Assembly (NCBI GenBank): GCA_011109175.1
Contig: RDEW01000027.1
Span: 401,629-465,628, forward strand
Source of the DNA: Dicyema japonicum
Lineage: Eukaryota; Animalia; Dicyemida
Length of the DNA: 64,000 nucleotides
Reading direction: 5' to 3'
Shown here in pieces: positions 11,724 to 22,259 of the stretch (positions are counted from its first letter, which is position 1; every line of letters starts with the position of its first letter). The translations under genes and the position numbers were made by a program. The notes below the pieces were generated by a model. It saw only the letters and a program-made list of their open reading frames with translations, was not told the DNA's origin and did no database searches.

Positions 11724-12960
11724 CTACAAATAATAAAATTGATTAATTAAACTTTGTTGATCACTTAACTTCTGTTTCAACTCATCTTCCCTTATCTCAA
11801 ATATAAATCACATCTACCTTAGAGTGGCATTCATTAATGGCACTAATGAACGAGTTATGACGCTCACATATTAAATTCAGACATTTCAGATATTTATATC
11901 TGTGTAGAAAGCCATCAAGGATATTCGAGGACTCATCAAACCGGTCTTCCACCAATTTCTGCAAATAAAAATCACTTATACATCAATCACTCCAAAATTT
12001 TGGATATCTAGAAGAGAGAAATCTTTGTTATAGACCAGTTCCAATTCGAGAGTATCATCAAGACTTATGTCGTTAAAAGAGATCACAAATTCCACGATCT
12101 GACTTGTTTAAAAAATTCAACAGCGTCATAAATGATCTTATTCTTATCAATCAACTCGTTTAGTTCGCTAATTTGCTGACTCGACTCAACCAGGGAGTTC
12201 GAAATGGACTCCCCCATACTTAATTCCGACTCTTCGCTCAAACAAGCAAAAAAGTCCTTGGCATATTCAACTTCAGCATCTAGAAAATTATAGAAAAATT
12301 TTAACTTTTCTGGATTATTTTATCATTCAAATGAGAGATCATTCTCTCATATTGTTGACGATTATTCTTTCTGTAGATCCTCGAGGAAATCCTGTTGTTC
12401 TCTTCTTCCAGTTGGGCTACTTTCTCCTCATTATGACTGTAATAGTATATTTCTTTGTCCAATTTGCTTAAATCTGAGTCCAATTCTCTAAGGTCCTTAA
12501 TACACTGTCCCAATAAAGGGTACATTTGTTCTTCTAATTCTTTTTCTAAGCAATCGGGAATATCCTTAATTGAAGATGTCAGTTTACTTGGATTCTCGGT
12601 GTATCTTCTAAGTTTATTAAGGTGACAAGCCAATGGAGAACATTTGTTATGTTAGCACGGTTTTCAAGGCGGTCAGGATTAAGAAAGTTGTTGATTGTAA
12701 GACGATATGGGGAACCAAGTAGGTTAAAAAAGGAAATAATCTGTCTTTCTTTCATTTTAATCAAAAATTTGGAGTTTTCTAAAATCCTGAATATAAACTT
12801 AATATAATAGGTAAAAATGTACGTTAAAAATGTCTCGGAGGCCTGCAGTTGTTGTGGCACTCAGGATTCGCTCAGAATAGTTGGGAAACGAATTTTTTTT
12901 TAGAAACTATGATTTTTTAAAACACAACACCTGTTTAATTTCTTGTTTTAAGTTTGACAT
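11724..12960 (-). CDS. NDC80: Kinetochore protein NDC80/HEC1-like, minimal (356 aa, 7 introns)
   Basis: ATG at 12960. Removing introns of 24, 25, 23, 26, 23, 23 and 22 nt leaves 1071 nt of open frame ending in TAG. The N-terminus (IKQFLKKNSF...IFNFIFRIL...IISFFNLLGSPYRL...VLHWLVTLI) fits the NDC80 calponin-homology domain as recalled, followed by coiled-coil-like sequence. Confidence 0.75.
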
Positions 12961-13089
12961 TACAGCACAACGACAACACAAAAGAACAAACTTATAAAAT
13001 TTTATTTTAAATAAATTAAAAAAATTAATTTCAAATTATAGACTCAACTGAATAAGGATTCTATTCTTGTTGGAATAACTCTTTAGCTA

Positions 13090-13625
13090 GGTCTCGATGA
13101 TGTTTGGAATGCCGATGCGATCAAGTGGCTGACAGGAAATGACTATATCCGCTGTCATGAAGATGAATTCCCTCACCACTTCATGCTAAGCCTGACTGTC
13201 ATGAGGGCTATCGAAGACGCCGGGTATATTTTTCTTCTGGAACCTATCGGATTTGACAAAGATGACGGTAAGCGGCCGGATGGCGAAACAACCATGAGAT
13301 GAAGTCAAAGGAGGTGTCTTGCTTGCGATTCAACGTAGTATCATACAGATCCTGGTAACCCTTTGGATTATTACCCAATCCGAAGCACTAGGTCGTCCGC
13401 TTGTGGGCCAGGATTCCTGACATTTCAGGAATCCGTTAATTTTTTCTTGTCTGATCCTAGGGTTGGTTAGAAGTATGCCCAGGGACTGACGATGAAGCGC
13501 CCAAATTTGTTGGATAGTACGTATCAACACATGTAGCATCCCAAACCAGGTTACAGATATTATCGAACGGGAATGTAGTCATCCCTTCGGGCGTTTGCCA
13601 GATTAGAAACGCTCGGTAAATAAAT
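13090..13625. mobile_element. Two opposed fragments of CRE-like retroelement restriction-like endonuclease domains
   Basis: Plus strand EPIGFDKDDGKRPDG (about 13090-13330). Minus strand GKRPKGMTTFPF...LVWDATCVDT (about 13330-13625). Confidence 0.7.
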
Positions 13626-13859
13626 TAAGTTTTTTACTGCAAATCTTAACTACTCTGAAAACTACTTAAAACACACAGGGTTATGATTATTTTGTTTATT
13701 AACGTCTGGTGGCATCTCCTATAAGACAGTTTCATTTAGTTAATTGAGATGACAATCAAATTAAGTTCCTCTTGAGTAGTAAGATTTTACTTAACCAACA
13801 AAGTACAAGCTATGAGTGAAAACGACTGTTACTCGGAGAGACTCTGGGCCGCTTGTGTA

Positions 13860-15030
13860 TATTTGACATGCATACATCATTATTCCTTCTGAAAAACAGT
13901 CTCAACGTACAGAGGCTTGCATATGCCCTAAGGACTGCTCCCTATTTCCCCTAATGTGACCAACTTGCGCAGATTAACAGGATCTTCCGTACGACAGCGG
14001 AGCATATCTTCAACGTCCGGTTCGAGGATTACTCATTGAAGCAAGCACGCTGCCAGTGAGACTCGGAGGGCTTGGAATTCGCAACCCAGTAGACCTTTCT
14101 CTCCCTGCATATCTATCGTCGCTAATGGCCTGTCACCCTTGTCAAGAGATTCTACACTCTCCCTACTTGAATTCTCTATTGACAAGGACACCAGCCATGC
14201 TCGTGAGGCCTGGAGCCGTGCTTATCAGCTTTATCTGCCTTCCTCGTTCTATCAGCGGGGCCTGGACGATGCTATATGCTGGATTTTTTCGAGAATTTGC
14301 TAGTGTCATCTAGCCAACATCGCCGTGCCTGTTTGTTGTCAAAGGCGTCTTCCGAGATCGATGCCTGACTAAACGCAATGGAGTTATGGATACTTCCTGG
14401 ATGATGAATGCGTCCGTATTGGGATCTTATGCGACTGGGATTATAAGTCTGTGTTTCACAACCGTGCCGACACGGAGACCAGATCGACTGTTTTGGCCTA
14501 CACCCTCTCTCCTGCAGGAAGAGTTCAGGCAGATTTCCAGACACATGGCGTGAACGAGCTCGTTAAGAGAGCTTTTGACGCCGCCGGACACCCCTCCATG
14601 CTCGAACCAGTCGGTCTTTGCAGGCGGGGTGGGAAACGACCAGATGGGATGACAATCCTCCCTTTTGAAGCCGGGAAACCTCTTGTCTGGGACGTCATTT
14701 ACACCGACACGTTTGCCTCTTGCAGTCTACTTCAGAATGCCTCTGGAGCCTGTTCTGCCGCTGAGAAGCCGAGAAGTTGAAACGGGAAAAGTACACGGTC
14801 CTACCCAAGGATTTTTTTTGTTCCACTCGCCGTTGAGACGTCTGGTTCCCTTGCGCCTGCGACGCTGGAATTCTTGAGTCGTCTAGGAATTGGATCGCTA
14901 CACGATCAGGAGATCCTCATGAGCGCTGCTAATTATTTGAGCGAATTTCGCTCGCCATCCTGAGAGGGAATAGCCACGCAGTCAGGGCAGCCACCATATG
15001 ATCATTTACTCTCCTTTCTTTTATTTACTA
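13860..15030 (+). mobile_element. CRE-like (RLE-type) non-LTR retrotransposon, 3' portion
   Basis: LPVRLGGLGIR, then [23 protein letters not shown]...GKRPDGMTILPFEAGKPLVWD (PD-(D/E)XK nuclease), then ISLAILRGN and a T/A-rich tail. Confidence 0.85.
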
Positions 15031-15959
15031 AATAAATTATTCGAATTTGAAAAAAAACAAAGTACATTTCTGGCAGATCCAAAATACAATTAATCTTTGA
15101 AACTAGAGAAATTTAATCATAGATCGCACGTGTTTAATAAGACTAAACAATGGACTGTTGTGTAAACATAGGCCTCTGTACTTAACTTAGCTTTATCTAG
15201 CGGTGCTCTCTTTCCTTACAGTTAACGCTCATACTAATTGTGACACGTGGTTAATATCTTCAATCTACTGCTTAAATGGACTCTTTCAAGACCAGGTAGT
15301 GGTTATGATTCCATCCATACCTATAATTCCTCCGACCAGTTTGCATAAGATTCTCTTTTATACTCAGTCCCTTCCTTCCTTATTGTAGTTGTCTCAGGTG
15401 TCCGTGGTAGGATGACATCAAAAAAATCATTAGCTCTCCCTCACTTAGCTAGATCGTTACCCGAAAGGATTGGATGAATTTTACCTTCTCCGACCGCGGA
15501 AACTGGATGTGTTTGATTACTAGTTTAAGTTCACAATTAAAAAAATCTTTGTTGATTCAGAATTACATGTGACTCTAACTATTCTTAATCCTTCTATACT
15601 GTCCTCAATTATAGCATGAGGTTGGTGATGGAGAAGCCATAGACAAGTGGCGTCCCAGCCAGGTATTTCCTACCTTTACATGGAAAAAGAATTGTCAGAC
15701 CTTTTGTTTGCGCATTCAAGTTAAAAGGGTTTCAGTTACACGGGACATCAAGAGCCCTCCTGCGATAAGCCCATGTATCAGCATGTGCCTCATACTTTTT
15801 TCAAATCTGTTTCAAGGAGAGAGCGTGAAGTCTTTAAAAGTTAACCGTCTTTTCGATTCTGCATCGGTGGTTCTTGCAAAAATTAAGTCCAACCCGGAGG
15901 CAGATTCATATTTGTGTTGATCTGTCTAAAAGTGTCATTAGTGATTTTATTGACAAGAG

Positions 15960-18420
15960 TTAAGGAGATTTCTGAAAGGTATTACATCTGAGTCCTACCA
16001 TAAGGCTTGGACTCCACACCTGGACCCTTCCTTTTTTTATTATTAATCTTTTTCAGGACGTTTCTCCCAGCTTTATATACGTGTCCTGGACCTTTGATCT
16101 CCTCCTGAAACCATTGATCCGATCCTCCACAATCTTGCTAATCGGTTCCAAGAGCTTGTTTTCGTCCTCGTTTAGACAGTCTTTCAGTTTCTTGTTAAAG
16201 GAGAGCTTAATTGCAGCTCTTCTAGTCTTCTCTAGGAGGGATAAGATCTTGTCCCTCTTCGGAGAGAAGAACCACCCCTCGCACCCATAAAGTAGGCTAG
16301 GGAGAATAACTCCCTTGAAGATAAACAGGTAAGTGTCACAGCTAACGTGTAACTTCCGTGTACATAGGAGCGACTGAAAGGCTCTCTTTCTCCTCCCTTT
16401 TATGTCGTCCATGTAATCTCCTGCGTGTCCATAGTCGACCCCCAGGTAGTGCAGACTGTGTGAATTGTTTACTCCCAGTGTGTATTCTTGTTTCAGGTGC
16501 TTTTTCAAACTGCTTATTCGGAGTGCGCAAGATTTTTCAGCAGAGAGCTTTAGCCCTCTCAAGTTGCACCAATGCTCAATCTGGTCGACATACTCCCGGA
16601 TTCTTCCTTCAGATATAGAAGATTTTAGAGATGTGTCCACCACGATTACGTCATCCGCATAAATAAGAAGACTAGTATTAATATTCCTCGGACGTGGAAA
16701 ACTCGCCATAAATATATTAAACAAAATAGGGCTCAATACTGAACCTTGAGGTACTCCTCTTTTGAATGATATTGCATCAGATATATATCCACACACCTTC
16801 ACAAAAGATTGTCTTTCCTGAAGATAATTTCTTAGCCAAACAAATAGGTATCTTGGAACACATGCTGATACAAGCTGCTTTAACAACGCTTCATGGCATA
16901 CACTGTCGAATGCTTTCGAGATATCAAGACATAATAAGTTTATTTGTCTTCTGGAATCCTTTGCTTTCATGATTTCAGAATTCAGTAGAAAGAAACAGTC
17001 TGCACAGCCTCTTCCGGGACGAAAACCCCACTGCTCCGGAATCAGAAAGTCATTCTCTTCTATATGTCTGCTTAGCCTTTTGAAAATGATACGTTCAATC
17101 ACTTTCGCGAAAGAACATATTAAGCTAATTGGTCTGTAGCTTGCCGGATCTCTCTTTGGCTTCCCTGGTTTTGGAATCATCCTCACAACAGCTTTCTTCC
17201 ATATTAAAGGGAGGTGGCCAAGTCGTAAACACCCATCATAAAGACATTGCAGATAGTCAAATAAAATATCCGGACCCTCTTTGATAAGTTTCATTGATAT
17301 GTGGTCATATCCTGGAGCATTGACCTTGCATTTCCTGATAGCCGTCATCACTTGTAAGACGCTGACAGTGCTATCAGCAATAGGCAGTTCCTTTTCGGAG
17401 TGTTTAAATATATCGGCAGACACCTTCTTTTTGTCATCAGGGATCAAACTCCACGGATCCACACCCTGAATTTTTTGGAGCTGATCCCTTGAATATCGAA
17501 GGTGTTTCCTTCGTTATGCATACTCCCCCGTCTGGTTTATCCAGTATAATTTTTCTGCACCCGACTTCGGACACATTATCTTCTGATAGCATTTCCAAAA
17601 AGAGGGATTCTTCATATCAATTTTTGCAGCCTCAGCCCTCCATATACGGTCAGTCTCCTTCCTTCCATATATTGCTGATTGCTTCCTTCATCATCCTGAT
17701 TCTGGCTGATATGAATTCCCCGTCTATTTTTTTTATTTTTTAATTTTTTTTACATATATTTTAAATTTATTATTAGGAAACATGAGTAGTTAATTACTGA
17801 GTCCAGCGGATATGATCGAGTGGCTGTTACCTCTGACTACTGCCAGGGATATCCTTTGGAAAAGCCACTCGGTTTCCGACGCTCCCTCGAGGCTTTGGTC
17901 AATAGACACCAAGTGCTCTAAGAAAGAGACCGTCTTGAGGCCAAAGACTCCGCTCGTCTCGACGACCACTGGCTGTACATGGAAACGGTTTAGGAGGCTG
18001 CTGTATTTCCGTCTATTTTGTCAGCACAACGTCTTTGCTTTGCCCTTAGGCGATTCCTCTCCCGAATAAGCCTCATAATAATTGGCGACACAAAATAATG
18101 ATTTTTTATAGAAAACCCTTCGTGAATACAGATGAAGATATGACTGCATAGATTTGTTAATTCTCTACTTGCAGCATTGATACCTTCTATGGTTGAAAAC
18201 TCTCTCGGTAGAACACACAAATTATTGGATATGAAGACCCTATAGTGGGCCCAATCCAAGTTATATATGTTGAACCTCAAGAAGACATCTTCCATAACAT
18301 CTGGTCTCAAAGTGATAACTAATTCTTGTGGAATATGGTCACTCCCGATATCCCATAGAGTTTTTGGCTTTCCCACAGTATGGCGACAATTTCTGCGACC
18401 TTATATTATAGGGTTTCAAT
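15960..18420 (-). mobile_element. 5'-truncated Jockey/I-like LINE with an intact RT segment
   Basis: APE end GSDHIP (17990-18376), a broken linker, the open RT ORF 16053-17462 and the family 3' hairpin at 15991-16013. Confidence 0.9.
16053..17462 (-). CDS. Non-LTR retrotransposon reverse transcriptase (469 aa open segment)
   Basis: APGYDHI, YRPISLICSFAKVIER, QWGFRPGR, LDISKAFDSV, GVPQGSVLSPILFNIF, YADD and YLGV motifs, all in one frame. Confidence 0.95.
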   Translation of the reverse strand: MDPWSLIPDDKKKVSADIFKHSEKELPIADSTVSVLQVMTAIRKCKVNAPGYDHISMKLIKEGPDILFDYLQCLYDGCLRLGHLPLIWKKAVVRMIPKPGKPKRDPASYRPISLICSFAKVIERIIFKRLSRHIEENDFLIPEQWGFRPGRGCADCFFLLNSEIMKAKDSRRQINLLCLDISKAFDSVCHEALLKQLVSACVPRYLFVWLRNYLQERQSFVKVCGYISDAISFKRGVPQGSVLSPILFNIFMASFPRPRNINTSLLIYADDVIVVDTSLKSSISEGRIREYVDQIEHWCNLRGLKLSAEKSCALRISSLKKHLKQEYTLGVNNSHSLHYLGVDYGHAGDYMDDIKGRRKRAFQSLLCTRKLHVSCDTYLFIFKGVILPSLLYGCEGWFFSPKRDKILSLLEKTRRAAIKLSFNKKLKDCLNEDENKLLEPISKIVEDRINGFRRRSKVQDTYIKLGETS

Positions 18421-19454
18421 AGCGTAACCTTCAAATCATTAACATTGGGATAAGGGTAAATATATTTTTAAGAGCAAATAGCAAACCTCTATGTTCCACT
18501 CCTTACTCACTATTTCTCAACCCAATTGAGAATTTTAGCAAATTATTGACGGAGAGTGACGTTAATGGTTAGGAAACCCTAATATAAAAATCCTGAATAG
18601 GGACAAAAAATTCGCTCCTCGTTGAGAAACACTGTTTTATTATTACCTCCAGGATCAATGGGTCAAAGAGAAAGAAATAAAAGTTCTTCTCAACTAACTA
18701 AGTGATCCTAGACCGACAAGGGAGAGGACGAATCAGGCAGGGTCGAGAATCATGTAATGCTCTTCTCATCGGTCATGGCATCGGCTCAAACTTTTTACAT
18801 GTTTGTAAATATTTCGATAGTATATGAAACAGGGGGCAGCTCGGTAGACTGGCCCTCTTTAAGAATTTTCATTGTAATTCAATTAGAAGATTTTCAATAG
18901 GTTAGACCTTGTGTTCTGGTCGAATCAACTTTACAGCAGTATCCTGGATTGCGAATAGTTTCAATGACAAAGGGCGTAAAATGTTAATAGCCCACGAAGA
19001 ACTTTCATACGTCATCGTGGGTTGGATAATTTTTCATAAACTCCAGTTTGTTCTTAAATGTTTTGTTTATAGGAACGTGTTAGTTAGTTAAGTAACCCCG
19101 GCCTCATTAACTTGAAGAAGGCCAGCAGCTATTAAATAGGACGCAGCAAATGCCGGTCGCTGCCATAGATCGGTCAGTCCTGGCATTGTAGACGAACATT
19201 GTGCTAATTCATGACATTGAAATAGGTGATTTTATTTCAACATATAAAGGTTGCAAAAGTGTCAGAGGACATAGTACGTCGGTAGAAAGAAGTGGTGCCC
19301 ACATCGTGTACGAGCCAGATTTACCCGGACGTCAGAGGAAGAGTTGAAGTATCATACAGCTTATTGTGCAGTGCTATTTTGTAATTTAATATAAAAAATA
19401 AGATTCAATTATTAATAATAAAAATAAATATTAATTCAAATTCTACATCGTTGT

Positions 19455-19787
19455 ATGGACAGTTCTGATAGTTCACGTATAACAGGGAAAGATCCGATGA
19501 CACTGTTTTTTAAGGATATGGAGGACATTCACTCACAAATTGAGGACAAAGATTCATATGCTGAAATGATGGTTACACTTTGGGACAAACTACCCGAGTC
19601 TGCAAAACAAGAATATAAAAGAAGATCTGAACTGCTGCTCCAGGAACCCTGTCTCAAGTGTGGAAACCCTGTGGGTGAGAGTAAATCTTCATTCTGTGGG
19701 AATGCTTGCTGTGTTGAATATGCCAAGTTCTTAGTTGTGTGCTATTTAGACAAGTATTTGAGGAATGGTTGCCGTTGCTTAAGCTGA
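19455..19787 (+). CDS. Small protein with an HMG-box-like region and a C-terminal CxxC...CxxxC zinc-finger-like motif
   Basis: Open 110-aa ORF preceded by an AT-rich region. P..LFFKD...LWDKLPESAKQEYKRRSE resembles HMG-box helices. CLKCGNPVGESKSSFCGNACC follows. A short in-frame intron near the 3' end cannot be excluded. Confidence 0.55.
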   Translation: MDSSDSSRITGKDPMTLFFKDMEDIHSQIEDKDSYAEMMVTLWDKLPESAKQEYKRRSELLLQEPCLKCGNPVGESKSSFCGNACCVEYAKFLVVCYLDKYLRNGCRCLS

Positions 19788-19949
19788 GGGAATGACTTTT
19801 TTCGATTTTATCGTGATTTTAGGCTGAAATGCACAAATTATTATTTGGTTTTTGTTTAAGTAATCTTAGTATGTTGACTCAGGTTTTCTATTTATAAATC
19901 ATTAAAAACTATCTAGTAGTGTTGGGACCTATTTTTTAATGTTCCCGGA

Positions 19950-20215
19950 TATACTTGGAATAGGTTTTATATAGTTCCTCCGGTTGGAGTGGGATGTATC
20001 CTTCCCCAACAGCACGTCCCTTCCAAGTATCTGACCTTTCCGAGAGGGGTCTTTTTGGATGGCAGCTAGGAATTGAGCGTCTTCTGAGTTATGTGGATCT
20101 AGGAATTGAAGAAAGTAAAGAGCAGAGAGGAATCCTTCAACCTAGTAGGCAGCGGTAGGGTATCGAACTCACAGCTAAATTCGAAACGGGCGACAACACG
20201 GTGTTACCTGGTTGT
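19950..20215 (-). mobile_element. Putative tRNA-derived SINE copy
   Basis: The head (reverse complement ACCAGGTAAC...TTAGCTGTGAGTTCGATACC) aligns by eye with 37584-37645 and carries a B-box-like GTTCGA. Confidence 0.45.
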
Positions 20216-20399
20216 AAGTTAGCTAATTTTTATGATCAATCTGGTTTTTTCGATAATTATCTCAGTGAATAACACGATAAGTGAATTTATTTTAATTTGT
20301 TGAAAGGTTTAGGTGGTGTAGTCTTATTATACGAAGCATCCTTGTTATTTCATGGTAGGTGAGTCTGGGTAGTTATTTTTCGATAATAAAGTTTTTAAG

Positions 20400-21780
20400 C
20401 ACTTTCACTCAGAGTTGACCGACCTTAATAAAATCATCAGTTCATCGCAAAGCAAAAGAAGGGAAAATGGGCGGAATTTGTAGAAAGTATCGATCACAAA
20501 GCTAACTCAAGAAGATTCTGGTGGATGATTGAGGAATCAAGAACAGCTAAACTGATTCCAATCTCCCCCAGGGTCCAGCCAAAAAGAATCAAAACTGAAA
20601 TGCTTTCTAAATCAGGCCAATAACTTGATGAAGTATTATTCTATTAGTAACCTCAAGATGACTCCCTCTCCCACCCTCGCAAAAAGAAACTGAAAGTCAA
20701 GAGTTCCCATTTATCAAATAAATATAACTTTACACACGGAACTTACCAAAAACGCGCAAAACTCCCCTACCTTAATATCTTCCACTTAAAGAACCCAGTT
20801 CAAACGGAATACATGCTGTAAAGACCTTATTTGAATATTCAATATACTTATTCTGCATTCCAGCTTTATCGCAATCCTTAAGCCTAACAAGAGTCCAATA
20901 GATCTTTCATCGATCAGACCCATCTCCCTTCTGTCTGTGGTTTACTAAATTTTGGAAAGAATTGTTTTAAAAGAAATTTCAAATCACACCAATCATCAGC
21001 ATAGCTTCCGCTCACTCCACTCCGCAACCACCCACCTGACAACCCTTTTCAAAAATTGCCGACGGTTTAATAACTTCTCTCCCCCTGAAAGGACGGTACT
21101 TGCATCAATTGAGCTTACCAATTCTTTCGATCGCACCTCATATATATTAGTGTCCAACAAAATTCTTTCCTCTGAAATCCCACCCATCTGAAAGCGTTGG
21201 GTATTGAATTTCTTGTCAGGCCGACTCGGACAAGTGTGCCTCCACTCGTGCACTTCACGATTCAGGTATTTTCCATACGGAGTTCCACAGGGTTCTGTTC
21301 TCTCCCCAAACCTTTTCACTCCAATTATCTTACATATGCCGATGACATTGTCACCGCTGTCATGTATGCAGATATTCAGAGAGTCACACTACATTTGCAG
21401 TCTAATCCATAAGCTCCAAGTCATCCAGTCATGCGAACCATTACAGGATGACAAGATTTACCCCCTTCTGACCATCTATATTGGGAATCGTGGATTCTCC
21501 CGGTTGCCGTTCATTTAAAAATGCGAAGCTTACAGTTTCTGCGGCAATGTTCGGTTCTGACCACCAGACTGTTTAGCTCCTTATGTCTGGAAGCCGTAGA
21601 AATATCCAAAGAACTGTCCTCGACCTACAGAGAACTCTATCGAGAATCACTCAACCTAAAATCGGGCATACTTGAACAAACGAAATATACAACTTAGTAT
21701 CTACCCGCGAAAAAACTGGATGTGTTCTTCCCTTTTCGTTGGTTCTGGACGAACTTGTGTGTGATAAGCCATGTTTAGAT
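20400..21780 (+). mobile_element. Degenerate I-clade-like LINE (linker, RT, 3' end)
   Basis: HQHSFRSLHSATT, LASIELTNSFD, YGVPQGSVLSPNLF and YADDIVT, split over several frames. Confidence 0.8.
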
Positions 21781-22259
21781 GCTATTTTTAAAAATTGTAG
21801 TTGCCATAAAAATTGCCCTACCCATCACTAACTGATTCTTTAACCAAAAATCCCTAATTTGTTTGTATTTTGCATCCGATGAGAGTTTTGAAAGTTTTTT
21901 TGTGACACATCAATTTTTTTCAGAATTTCTGCAATTTTTCATCTTAATAGCGATCACGTATGTTTCTAATGATTTCTTTGGATCACTCCCTTCATTATCT
22001 TTACAAATTTTGAACCCATCGAGCGATGCCTAATTCTAATTTCATCAAATTTTTGATGATTTCTCATAAAGTCTGAGTTGTTGTGTTATAAATTTGAATT
22101 TTCACTGGAACAAGTTCGATTCTAATGGAGATATATCCTAATCCTGTGTCAATGTTTGTTTAACGTTTGGCAACTGTTAGATGTTTAAAGGAGTAGTGGT
22201 TACTACTATTAGTCGTTTCGTGATTGGTTGTGAATTCGATTTCCATGCCACTACCTACC

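Noticed and set aside
15700-15930. piggyBac-like transposase C-terminal remnant on the minus strand
   Set aside because: Only a vague Y....G.D...R pattern, with no TTAA-flanked TIR found.
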